A program made the translations under genes and the position numbers. Below the pieces are notes generated by a model that was not told the origin of the DNA, did not search any database, and was given only the letters and a program-made list of their open reading frames with translations. A DNA stretch of 60,460 bases. Source: a virus. Lineage: Duplodnaviria > Caudoviricetes. Positions 1-7,994 of this stretch are shown here, piece after piece. Numbering within the stretch: position 1 is the first letter of the stretch; the number at the start of each line of letters is the position of its first letter. The stretch spans positions 1-60,460 of IMG/VR virus record IMGVR_UViG_3300042923_000250; one strand, written 5' to 3'.

Positions 1-127
1 AGCAATTAACCAATGGATGGATACCAGTAAGTCAACTTCCGGATGGAAATTATCCCGTGCTTATAAAAGTAATGATTGAAGGAAGAATGGAACCAAGCAT
101 AGGAAGCTATGACCAATTTAGGAAGAA
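1..127. repeat. Terminal direct repeat, copy 1 (circularisation overlap)
   Basis: 1-127 is identical to 60334-60460; 127 bp is a common assembler k-mer size. Confidence 0.95.
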
Positions 128-236
128 GTGGATAATAGGAAACGAAACTATAGGATGGGATTGGGAAAATGATAGCCCGATAGATGCTGTTATAGAATGG
201 ATGCCACTACCGGACCCTTGGAAGGAGGCACTATGA
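1..236 (+). CDS. 3' part of DUF551-like phage protein that starts at 60180 and crosses the join
   Basis: Reads ...NGWIPVSQLP...VIEWMPLPDPWKEAL*; WIPV and WMPLP are DUF551-type motifs. Confidence 0.75.
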   Translation, partial: QLTNGWIPVSQLPDGNYPVLIKVMIEGRMEPSIGSYDQFRKKWIIGNETIGWDWENDSPIDAVIEWMPLPDPWKEAL

Positions 237-415
237 CAGGAGCAATTGAGTTCTTACGCAAGGCAAAGGCAATATGTGAGAGCAGGAAAACGTGCCACAA
301 TTGTGAAATATGCGAGATATGTGGGTGTCCAGAAAACTTTTATGATGAAGCCGACCTTGTACGCAAGGTAATGGATTATCAGATTAAGGAGGATATAAAT
401 GCAGAGAGAAATTAA
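233..415 (+). CDS. Small Cys-rich hypothetical protein
   Basis: ATG 233 after GGAGG, overlapping upstream stop; CxxCxxCxxC. Confidence 0.65.
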   Translation: MTGAIEFLRKAKAICESRKTCHNCEICEICGCPENFYDEADLVRKVMDYQIKEDINAERN

Positions 416-884
416 GTTCAGAGCATGGGATAAGAAACAGAAAGCTTTCATCAATGGATTTAACATGGTAGGGTTTTCAACAGGACAAGGTGCTCCAAAA
501 AGAAAACTGCAAAGATTTTCAAGTTATTGGGATGAAGAAGAAGTTGAGCTGATGCAATACACCGGATTAAAAGATAAGAACGGTAAAGAAATTTATGATG
601 GAGATATTCTACAGGTGGAAACTGCCTGGTACAAGGCAAAAATAACACCTACGCAAGGTGAGGATGAAACGGACGCTATTTTCGGTTATCGAAGAAACGG
701 AATTACATACTGGACGGTAGAGCACAAGATATTCACAAGCCGGGTCGGATTTATGATTTACGGTATCGATAGGAGATTTCACAAGGTTCTTACGCCGAAC
801 ATGATATACAACAATAAGGCAGAGGTTATCGGAAATATCTACGAGAACCCAGAACTACTCACCCAATCACCCACAAACAATTAA
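399..884 (+). CDS. YopX family protein
   Basis: REIKFRAWDK, LMQYTGLKDKNGKEIYDGDI and EVIGNIYENPELL motifs. Confidence 0.92.
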   Translation: MQREIKFRAWDKKQKAFINGFNMVGFSTGQGAPKRKLQRFSSYWDEEEVELMQYTGLKDKNGKEIYDGDILQVETAWYKAKITPTQGEDETDAIFGYRRNGITYWTVEHKIFTSRVGFMIYGIDRRFHKVLTPNMIYNNKAEVIGNIYENPELLTQSPTNN

Positions 885-1140
885 CAATATCAAAACTTAA
901 AACTATGTCATTTTTATATCCATTATCTACATAGCTACAATAAAATATTTTAACCATATGCTGGTCTTTGATAGCTTTGATAGATGCGATTTTATATTTA
1001 AACAGCTCACAATTATCATCCTCAACGCAGAAATACCTTGGACGTAAATCACCTACGGTATTAAAGGCTGCAATGACGGATACTGGATGACCTTGGGGAT
1101 GGCGGATTATTGGACTATGGTCTGGTTTTAAAAATGGCAT
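859..1140 (-). CDS. Putative SOS-inducible hypothetical protein (93 aa)
   Basis: ATG 1140 with GAGGTG RBS; own promoter with a LexA box; opposite strand to neighbours. Confidence 0.7.
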   Translation of the reverse strand: MPFLKPDHSPIIRHPQGHPVSVIAAFNTVGDLRPRYFCVEDDNCELFKYKIASIKAIKDQHMVKIFYCSYVDNGYKNDIVLSFDIVNCLWVIG

Positions 1141-1170
1141 GGGATGCACCTCTGATAGAATAATAAAATT

Positions 1171-1199
1171 ATTATAGAACATTTGTTTGGAATTTTCAA
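1171..1199 (-). promoter_or_regulatory. Sigma-A promoter with Firmicute LexA (Cheo) box in the spacer
   Basis: Minus strand TTGAAA-17nt-TATAAT; AAACAAATGTTC at 1177-1188. Confidence 0.75.
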
Positions 1200-1230
1200 T
1201 GGTAAGTAAATGTAAATTAAGATTGGAGGA

Positions 1231-1374
1231 ATGAAAATGGAAGAAATAATGAAAATTTGTATGGAAGCTTTAGAAAATGCAGGATATGAGACTTATGGAT
1301 ATTCAGAAGCATATCAGATATTTACAGTTAGTACAAGTGAGGGCGAAATTACAGTAGATTTCGATGAGAATTAA
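1231..1374 (+). CDS. Small acidic hypothetical protein (47 aa)
   Basis: GGAGG RBS; open frame MKMEEIMKIC...DFDEN. Confidence 0.55.
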   Translation: MKMEEIMKICMEALENAGYETYGYSEAYQIFTVSTSEGEITVDFDEN

Positions 1375-1429
1375 ATTTAATCAATCCATCCGGCAAGTCC
1401 GGTATAGCTGACAAGGAGGAAACGCATAA

Positions 1430-1651
1430 ATGAAAATAGAATTAAAGAAATGTCCGTCATGCGGCGGAGATATAAAACTAATGGCTAATCCATTCCACAT
1501 CGAAAGGGATTGCGATTGTTTCATAAGATGCAAGGAGTGCAAAAAAGAATATGATTTGCCAGCAGTAAAGTTAAAAATATTAAAAAATCTCAAGGTATCT
1601 AAAACTACGATACGTGAAGCAAGTATTGCATGGAATAAATTGATTAGCTGA
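1430..1651 (+). CDS. Lar-like (restriction alleviation) zinc-ribbon protein
   Basis: ELKKCPSCGG...IRCKEC...EASIAWN pattern. Confidence 0.65.
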   Translation: MKIELKKCPSCGGDIKLMANPFHIERDCDCFIRCKECKKEYDLPAVKLKILKNLKVSKTTIREASIAWNKLIS

Positions 1652-1672
1652 TAACAGCGGAAAGGAAAATGT

Positions 1673-1918
1673 ATGGATAACTTACAAGCACTTGAGATTA
1701 TAAATTCCTGGCATGGAGAAGATGGTGAGAGCGATCAGACAATAGAATTAGCATCGAAAGCGCTGGAAAAGCAGATAGCAGAAAAATTAAATAACGGGCT
1801 ATGTCCTACATGTAACACAGATATAATGCTTTGTTCTGATTGTGGAGATTTGCTATATATAAAGCATTGTATGGAATGCAGTCAAGCTCTCGATTGGACT
1901 GGTTACAGACATGATTAA
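1673..1918 (+). CDS. Zinc-ribbon hypothetical protein
   Basis: ALEKQI...CPTC...CMECSQALDW phage motif. Confidence 0.7.
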   Translation: MDNLQALEIINSWHGEDGESDQTIELASKALEKQIAEKLNNGLCPTCNTDIMLCSDCGDLLYIKHCMECSQALDWTGYRHD

Positions 1919-1975
1919 TTTCACACAGATATAGGAGTGACAGTATAGTTGCTCCTATATCGGAAAGGAAGATAT

Positions 1976-2353
1976 ATGGATTGGAAACAGATAATCAGAT
2001 TGCGGTTACTCGCTGATTTTGACGGTTCATTTTTTAATGAACGAGACGAATTTATAGCACATAGATATTCTAATACATATTTCATCTTCAATAACTGTGA
2101 AACAGAAGAAGATGTAAATTGCAAGATTTTAGAGTGGCTCTCCAGATCGGCACACAAAGGTATTCCATATTCGCAAGAGTGGAGAAATAAGCAGTTCAGA
2201 AAATTCATGCTCAACGGAATAAATATGTTTCTTCACACAGATTTCGATGATAACGACATTGAGTGCATTTATACATATTTAGGAAATGCATGTAATCACA
2301 AAAAGACGATACGTTTCATTCAGAGTGGATATGATATGAGCATATTAATTTGA
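1976..2353 (+). CDS. Conserved-type phage hypothetical protein
   Basis: ATG 1976 after GAAAGGAAG; KILEWLSR and IYTYLGNACNH motifs. Confidence 0.7.
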   Translation: MDWKQIIRLRLLADFDGSFFNERDEFIAHRYSNTYFIFNNCETEEDVNCKILEWLSRSAHKGIPYSQEWRNKQFRKFMLNGINMFLHTDFDDNDIECIYTYLGNACNHKKTIRFIQSGYDMSILI

Positions 2354-2374
2354 TTTATCAAGAAGGAAGATAGT

Positions 2375-2557
2375 ATGGCAGATAGTTGGTTAACGGACGG
2401 AAATTGCAAAGAGTGTAGAAGAAAGAATTATTGTCAAAAAGCATGCACTATACATAAACGACGGAGAGAAATGGGAATCCGTAATGCGGATAGAAAGGTA
2501 TTTAATGAGAGATTAGGAATGGATAAGATAGAAGAAGCGTTGAAAGAAGGGAGATAA
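2375..2557 (+). CDS. Small Cys-rich hypothetical protein
   Basis: DGNCKECRRKNYC; RBS present. Confidence 0.65.
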   Translation: MADSWLTDGNCKECRRKNYCQKACTIHKRRREMGIRNADRKVFNERLGMDKIEEALKEGR

Positions 2558-2819
2558 AGCCTATGGGTTGGATAGTTGCAATAGTATTATTAATCTGTTT
2601 CAAAACAAATCTATTCAGAGGTGAAGGGAGATAAAGCCATGAGTGAACACGAAAAAGACGATGATAAAGAACTTGTAAATAAAATGGCAAACAAATTTAA
2701 AGCAGAGGCAATCACAACATATGGGAAGAGTTACAAGAGCCTAACTAAGGAAGAAAAAACATATGTGCAAAAGGTTGCGTGGGGTAAGATTTTAGGGGTT
2801 GAAGAAGGGAGATAAAGCC
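2546..2819 (+). repeat. Three copies of the gene-junction repeat GAAGGGAGATAAAGCC
   Basis: 2546-2561, 2623-2638 and 2804-2819; each contains a stop and RBS and precedes an ATG. Confidence 0.9.
2639..2815 (+). CDS. Hypothetical protein
   Basis: ATG immediately after the junction repeat. Confidence 0.6.
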   Translation: MSEHEKDDDKELVNKMANKFKAEAITTYGKSYKSLTKEEKTYVQKVAWGKILGVEEGR

Positions 2820-2821
2820 TA

Positions 2822-3209
2822 TATGTACACGTTAAAAGAAATAAATGATAAATTGAGAAACGGTAGCTTTACCGAAAGAAATGTAGCAATGGCGATACTT
2901 ACCGATTATGCAGACGCAGAGGAACAAGGATTATTGATTAAGCTGCCGTGCAAGGTTGGGGATGAAGTCTATTTTATAAAATCGATGTTTTCATATTCAA
3001 AAAGTCCAATGAGAGGGATTGTATGTATAATTAAGACATTTTCCTCAAATGGAACGTTTACATTTAACGTTATTACTGATAACGGCAATCAAGCAAGAAC
3101 ATTTATTAATTGCGATATCGGTAAGACTGTATTCCTTACCAGAGAAGCAGCCGAAGAAGCTTTGAAAGGAAGTGTATCCGCACCAAGGATTAAAACCGCT
3201 GTCAAATGA
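2822..3209 (+). CDS. Phage hypothetical protein
   Basis: AEEQGLLIKLPCKVGD...IGKTVFLTREAAEEAL, a common clostridial phage pattern. Confidence 0.75.
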
Positions 3210-3255
3210 GATATTCCTTGACGGCCGATAAAATTATACATAACTTTGTTGAACA

Positions 3256-3285
3256 TTGACAATTGGATGTTGATAGTTGGATAAT
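3256..3285 (+). promoter_or_regulatory. Moron promoter
   Basis: TTGACA 3256-3261, GATAAT 3280-3285. Confidence 0.6.
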
Positions 3286-3321
3286 AAAACCTTATAATTA
3301 ATTCAAAAAGGAGAAAAAACA

Positions 3322-3687
3322 ATGGATTTATTTAATGAGTTAGACAGACTTCCGTACTTTTTCTATGTTTTAGGAGATGATTATAAGCTTCTTGGAGGAC
3401 AACAGACAAAACCGGACAAACCAATGTCTTTTAATATGATTTATGATTTGTGGGAAAAGATGATGAGTACTCATCAAAACAATAACCTTAATTATGAAGA
3501 TAAAGTCTATTTAGCGAAAAGCATGAAGAAGATGCGAATCTGGTGTGAAGGTCAAAATATGGCAAGGGAAGAACTAAAAGATTACATAGTCAAATTATCA
3601 GAATCGCAGAAAAAGGAATTAGAGGCACAAATTAAAATGTATAAAGATGCTCGTGAATATCACAGGCTATATGTCTTTAATAAATAG
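3322..3687 (+). CDS. Moron, hypothetical protein (121 aa)
   Basis: AT-rich ORF with AAGGAG RBS, own promoter and terminator. Confidence 0.75.
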   Translation: MDLFNELDRLPYFFYVLGDDYKLLGGQQTKPDKPMSFNMIYDLWEKMMSTHQNNNLNYEDKVYLAKSMKKMRIWCEGQNMAREELKDYIVKLSESQKKELEAQIKMYKDAREYHRLYVFNK

Positions 3688-3698
3688 TCATTGTTTTT

Positions 3699-3734
3699 AC
3701 TACCAACTATCAATATTCGGTTGGTAGTTTTTTA
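3699..3734 (+). terminator. Rho-independent terminator
   Basis: ACTACCAAC-loop-GTTGGTAGT followed by a T run. Confidence 0.75.
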
Positions 3735-3810
3735 TGAAGCAGATTACCATTCATCAACGGATTTAAGTAATTGCATAGGCGCATACTAAAATTAAAAAAG
3801 GATTCCAAGT

Positions 3811-4743
3811 ATGGGTGATTTATTCGATGATAAAAATATAAAACCAATGTTAATAGCTGAGCAACAAGAACCCTTTGATTCTGAGGAATATATCTTTGAA
3901 ATTAAGTTTGATGGAATAAGATGTATAGCTTACTTAGGTGATAGCACAGACATTCGAAACAAGAAAGATGTAATGATGGTCCCAAAACTTCCCGAGTTAA
4001 TGAATATTCATGAGCAAATATTACACAAATGTATATTAGACGGAGAGCTAGTTGTTTTAAAGAATGGAGATCCAGATTTTTATGAAATACAACGTAGAGC
4101 AATACTTACAGATAAATTTAAAATTCAACTAGCAGCCAATAAGCTTCCGGCTACATTTATAGCCTATGACATTTTGTATTATAAAGATAAAGAAATATTA
4201 AATATGCCATTGATAGAAAGAAAGCAATTATTACAAATCATTGTAAGAGAGAATGACAGAATTATAGTGTCTAGATATATAGAACAATACGGAACCCAGT
4301 TATACAACATAGTTAAGCAGAAAAAGCTAGAAGGAATTGTGGCAAAGAAAAAAGATAGTAAATACCAGTTAGATAAGAGGTCAAAGCTTTGGATTAAGTG
4401 CAAGATATATAATTCAGTAGATGCTGTAGTTTGCGGATTTATTAGGAACAAAGATGATACAACAAGCATTATAATTGGTCAATATAAAGGTACTAAATTG
4501 GTATATAAGGGACACGTCAAACTTGGCGCAGGAATGAGGTACATTAGCAAACATGGATATAGAAGAATTGACACATCTCCTTTTGGGTATATACCTTATG
4601 GTAGTGAAGATGCAGTTTGGATAGAACCTAATATTGTTTGTTTAATCGAATACATGCCGAGTGACAGAGAAGCAATGAGATTAGCAGTATTTAAAGGAAT
4701 AAGAAAGGATAAAACACCTATGGAATGTCAATCAGATGAATAA
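3811..4743 (+). CDS. ATP-dependent DNA ligase (LigD ligase-domain-like)
   Basis: EIKFDGIR adenylation motif, ILDGELV, LEGIVAKK, WIKCK, C-terminal OB fold. Confidence 0.92.
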   Translation: MGDLFDDKNIKPMLIAEQQEPFDSEEYIFEIKFDGIRCIAYLGDSTDIRNKKDVMMVPKLPELMNIHEQILHKCILDGELVVLKNGDPDFYEIQRRAILTDKFKIQLAANKLPATFIAYDILYYKDKEILNMPLIERKQLLQIIVRENDRIIVSRYIEQYGTQLYNIVKQKKLEGIVAKKKDSKYQLDKRSKLWIKCKIYNSVDAVVCGFIRNKDDTTSIIIGQYKGTKLVYKGHVKLGAGMRYISKHGYRRIDTSPFGYIPYGSEDAVWIEPNIVCLIEYMPSDREAMRLAVFKGIRKDKTPMECQSDE

Positions 4744-4767
4744 TGAGTTTGAAAAAGAGGGTATAAA

Positions 4768-4800
4768 TACCCCTAGACCATTTCGATTAGCCTAGGGGTA
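4768..4800. terminator. Probable bidirectional terminator between convergent ligase and endolysin genes
   Basis: TACCCCTAG...CTAGGGGTA stem. Confidence 0.6.
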
Positions 4801-4803
4801 AAA

Positions 4804-5490
4804 TTATTTAGTGATGCCGTCAAGGCGATTAATTGTTTTTAATCCGCATCTATCGCCTTTATCGAGTCCAAGTTTATTCCATCCCTGAAGTGTCCAGAAT
4901 GCCCGTACAGCCGATTTAGATTGACCGCCGAGTTTTCCATCCTCTTCAATCTGAATATACCCAGATTGACCGTTCATGGCTTTATTAATCTTAACTTGAA
5001 CCCATCTAATTTCTTCTTCGGGAGAATCCTTCGTGACGGTTTTGATTGGCTTAACAATTTCCCATGATTTGAAGAAATTTTCTGGAGTACCATATTTAGA
5101 TTGGATTTGACTTCGAGTACCCAATCCTTTATATTCGAAATGAGGCCCGTCATAGAGCGACTTGAAATCTCCACCCCAACATAATCCGAGCGACTTTCCG
5201 ACTTGTCCAACTTTAAAGAAGAAGTTTCCCTTTTGGTTGTAGGCATCATCGGAGATTTTACCGTCTTTATCAACATCCTCAAAACGGCAGAAATCAAAAG
5301 CCAATCCCCAATTATGATAAGATTTCGGATATTTACAATTTGTCCGGCTTGCGTTAATTCCGTTTTGTTCATCCATGGAGCGGACACAATCAGTAATCTT
5401 AATATGTAAACCTTTTTTCTTGCATTCATCAACTAGCTTGACGGCAAGGTCTTGTACTTTCGGGTGCAACTTTGTGATATCTCTAGCCAT
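4804..5490 (-). CDS. Endolysin: M15 (L-Ala-D-Glu) peptidase plus C-terminal peptidoglycan-binding domain
   Basis: RSMDEQ, SYHNWGLAFD, WGGDF, DGPHFE; C-terminal IRWVQ...EDGKLG. Confidence 0.9.
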   Translation of the reverse strand: MARDITKLHPKVQDLAVKLVDECKKKGLHIKITDCVRSMDEQNGINASRTNCKYPKSYHNWGLAFDFCRFEDVDKDGKISDDAYNQKGNFFFKVGQVGKSLGLCWGGDFKSLYDGPHFEYKGLGTRSQIQSKYGTPENFFKSWEIVKPIKTVTKDSPEEEIRWVQVKINKAMNGQSGYIQIEEDGKLGGQSKSAVRAFWTLQGWNKLGLDKGDRCGLKTINRLDGITK

Positions 5491-5492
5491 GA

Positions 5493-5672
5493 TTATTCAC
5501 CTTCTTTTTTCGTTTTCTGTGTTCCGAAGTAAAAGCCATAAACAGTTGAGATTACAATTAAAAATTCTGCTCCTGTGATTTCTCCTTTGACAGCCAGATA
5601 CGCAAAAACTGCTGTCAATATGATTGTTACTATAGATTTTACATCAATTAATTTACTCCACTTTTCTTTCAT
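5493..5672 (-). CDS. Holin (59 aa, two TM segments)
   Basis: MKEKWSKLIDVKSIVTIILTAVFAYLAV...FYFGTQKTKK; adjacent to endolysin; below ORF-track cutoff. Confidence 0.8.
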   Translation of the reverse strand: MKEKWSKLIDVKSIVTIILTAVFAYLAVKGEITGAEFLIVISTVYGFYFGTQKTKKEGE

Positions 5673-5977
5673 TTTATATCCTCTTTTCTATGTGGCAATT
5701 CCAACAGTTGCTTATATAATTCTGTGATAGTTCCGTTTCCACCCAACGCATGATATTCTTTATACATAGCCGTGACATTCTCCATTGCGTAAATAGGTAT
5801 GTAATCCCTGTCCATATATTTATTGTACTGGTCTATAATTCTGTCTCTTAAAATGGCTTGCACGCCTAATTTTAAGGCTTTAAACTGACGGAATATATAT
5901 AATCCTCCACCACTTAAAACAGTTGTAATGCCTCCGAATAAAACTTCAATCCAATATTTTGTGATAAACTCTATCAT
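5669..5977 (-). CDS. Holin-like / lysis membrane protein
   Basis: N-terminal TM; GVQAILRDRI...YHALGGNG motif; lysis module. Confidence 0.75.
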   Translation of the reverse strand: MIEFITKYWIEVLFGGITTVLSGGGLYIFRQFKALKLGVQAILRDRIIDQYNKYMDRDYIPIYAMENVTAMYKEYHALGGNGTITELYKQLLELPHRKEDIK

Positions 5978-6038
5978 GCATGGGGTACCTTCTTCCCTTG
6001 ATATTTATTTATAAATGCGTTCTGATTAATTAGCTAAT

Positions 6039-6068
6039 CGCAAGGGCAACAGTTAAGTCGCCCTTGCG
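6039..6068 (-). terminator. Stem-loop, probable terminator
   Basis: CGCAAGGGCAAC/GTCGCCCTTGCG inverted repeat. Confidence 0.5.
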
Positions 6069-6076
6069 TGGTACTT

Positions 6077-6214
6077 CTAAGCCAGAGAGTCCAATACTCC
6101 CCAAACTACTACTTGCAGATTGAATAGATTTGGAACCTCTTCTCTCGTATATGCTCCACACAATACAAGTGATACCCAAGACTTAACAATTGCGCTGTTT
6201 GGTGTAAAAATCAT
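6077..6214 (-). CDS. CD1375/XkdX-like small tail-associated protein, paralog 2 (45 aa)
   Basis: MIFTPNSAIVKSWVSLVLCGAYTREEVPNLFNLQVVV... Confidence 0.7.
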   Translation of the reverse strand: MIFTPNSAIVKSWVSLVLCGAYTREEVPNLFNLQVVVWGVLDSLA

Positions 6215-6231
6215 AAAATCACTTCCTTTCA

Positions 6232-6363
6232 TTATTTATCTAAAATTCCGCAAACAATCTCTTGTAAATTGCCGATGTTTGGAATTTCCTCTCTTGTGTA
6301 TGTTCCATTATTAATTAACCTAACCCATGATTGAACTACGGGGCTTTTATCTGTAAAATTCAT
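6232..6363 (-). CDS. CD1375/XkdX-like small tail-associated protein, paralog 1 (43 aa)
   Basis: MNFTDKSPVVQSWVRLINNGTYTREEIPNIGNLQEIV...; GGAGG RBS. Confidence 0.7.
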   Translation of the reverse strand: MNFTDKSPVVQSWVRLINNGTYTREEIPNIGNLQEIVCGILDK

Positions 6364-6373
6364 TGTATCCCTC

Positions 6374-6727
6374 CTAAACCATGCCGTATAACATGGAAAT
6401 CATTATTGTTAACTCTCCGACTGCGCTGTCTGTGAATTTTTGCACATCGGCTATTTTTCTTTCAATTGCATCAATGGATATCTCTACTGTATACGTCCCA
6501 TCATCCATATTTTTTGACAACGATTTCAAAGCTATCCCATCAAGATAGGTTGCGAGGATTTCGTTGGACTCTGACAAATATTCAATTCTATCAACTTTAG
6601 AAAAAGCTAATTCGATATCGGCATAAGGCAATACGGATGAAATTGTGAAGCTTCTTTTCTTATCATTAGTGACGATACCATTTGGTACAAGGTCAAAGAT
6701 TTGACTATTTAATGATATTTTTTCCAT
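6374..6727 (-). CDS. Tail-associated hypothetical protein (fibre assembly-like)
   Basis: Between tail fibre and XkdX-like genes; C-terminal coiled segment. Confidence 0.65.
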   Translation of the reverse strand: MEKISLNSQIFDLVPNGIVTNDKKRSFTISSVLPYADIELAFSKVDRIEYLSESNEILATYLDGIALKSLSKNMDDGTYTVEISIDAIERKIADVQKFTDSAVGELTIMISMLYGMV

Positions 6728-6788
6728 GAATTACTCCTTTCTTGATATAAAAATAAGCCCTCGTGAGGACTTTTCTTAGTGAGTTAAA

Positions 6789-7119
6789 TGATAATTTAGC
6801 TTGGTCTAACGTAACGCTTACCGGAGTAGCAGGAGTTACTGTAGATGGTACACTGCAGCGCAATGGATATGGATCGTTAAAATACAACCTGTACTTTACA
6901 GGAATAACAGCAGCCGTAAATAGTATTGCATCTATAGCAACACATAATTTGTCGCTTACCGGTTATCCAAGGGTTCTACCTGCTGTAATATTGTCTAGTG
7001 GTGGTAGTATTATTGGTAGTTGCTCTATAATTATTAACACCAATGGTACTGTTTTTGTAGCAACAGATAACACCGCAATAACACCGACGAATACAATTAG
7101 ACTTGGTAACGCTGCATAA
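6789..7119 (+). other. Silent alternative tail-fibre C-terminal cassette
   Basis: Open frame DNLAWSNVTLTG...IRLGNAA* begins at an inverted repeat shared with the fibre gene; tail-to-tail with it. Confidence 0.8.
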
Positions 7120-7517
7120 TCTACCAAATAGCTATTTATGTCGTCATATACGACCCACTAATATAAATATCTGCACTTGCTGGTATCTGAAAGTAACTTG
7201 CAGCACCGCTTTGTATTAAATATAGACGCACCGTGTTACCATAGATTAATGCTTGCAACTCAACCCCTGCAGCAATTGTTATTCCTGTTGCAAATGTCAA
7301 CACGGGGATATCGTTTCCAAAAGCTGCAACAGGTAAACTTCCAATCAGTGTACCTCCCGTGCCTGTGTGCCCTGTCCATTTCACGCGAATGTAAAAATTG
7401 ACTATTTTACCGGCCTTAGAGTAGTATCCGACTTGGTTGACATACGTTGCTACACCGGAAGTTGTTAAACCAGAAACAGTTGGAGTAAACGCAATTCTTT
7501 CAGGAGCTAAATTATCA
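6789..7517. mobile_element. Invertible segment (two-state tail-fibre switch) bounded by TGATAATTTAGCT inverted repeats
   Basis: 6789-6801 and the reverse complement at 7505-7517; both encode DNLA in frame. Confidence 0.75.
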
Positions 7518-7747
7518 ATTAGCGTATTAATCGCCTGTCCATGTGCATATGTCACTGCAGTACTCGGATATTTGGTAGTATCGTTAATGGCATCAGATTG
7601 TACCATATTTGCTATGGACTGCTTATTCTCGATTTCAGTATCACATGCATCCAGAGCATCGCTTATTTTATTAAGATTAGTAGCATTGAGCGGTGTTGCT
7701 GTAGATGGGCTATTTTGGAACGTTATCTTTATGTATCTCTTTGACAT
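7136..7747 (-). CDS. Tail fibre / receptor-binding protein
   Basis: PSTATPLNATNLNKI N-terminal motif; C-terminal GYYSKAGKIVNFYI...GSLP receptor-type domain. Confidence 0.8.
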   Translation of the reverse strand: MSKRYIKITFQNSPSTATPLNATNLNKISDALDACDTEIENKQSIANMVQSDAINDTTKYPSTAVTYAHGQAINTLIDNLAPERIAFTPTVSGLTTSGVATYVNQVGYYSKAGKIVNFYIRVKWTGHTGTGGTLIGSLPVAAFGNDIPVLTFATGITIAAGVELQALIYGNTVRLYLIQSGAASYFQIPASADIYISGSYMTT

Positions 7748-7934
7748 CCTCATTGCCTCCTTCCTCGTATGCCTTGCGTTCTGCCTCGATTGTTTGTACG
7801 GCTATTCCGTTCACTTGCGATGATAATTCAAATAATGTCATCTGAGTTATCGCGATAGGCATATTTGCGTCATTTATGACCTTTAAAATTTTCTCTTTCA
7901 TTTCAAATATTTGTAGATTAATACCCTTTGCCAT
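7710..7934 (-). CDS. Small tail-module protein
   Basis: ORF coupled to the fibre gene. Confidence 0.7.
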   Translation of the reverse strand: MAKGINLQIFEMKEKILKVINDANMPIAITQMTLFELSSQVNGIAVQTIEAERKAYEEGGNEDVKEIHKDNVPK

Positions 7935-7994
7935 GTTCTCACATCCTTTTTAGGCATAATGAAAGAGCAGTTCCTTTCGGTTCCGCTCTCATGT

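Noticed and set aside
6763-7753. Diversity-generating retroelement acting on the tail fibre
   Set aside because: No reverse transcriptase and no TR/VR pair; the two tips are unrelated in sequence
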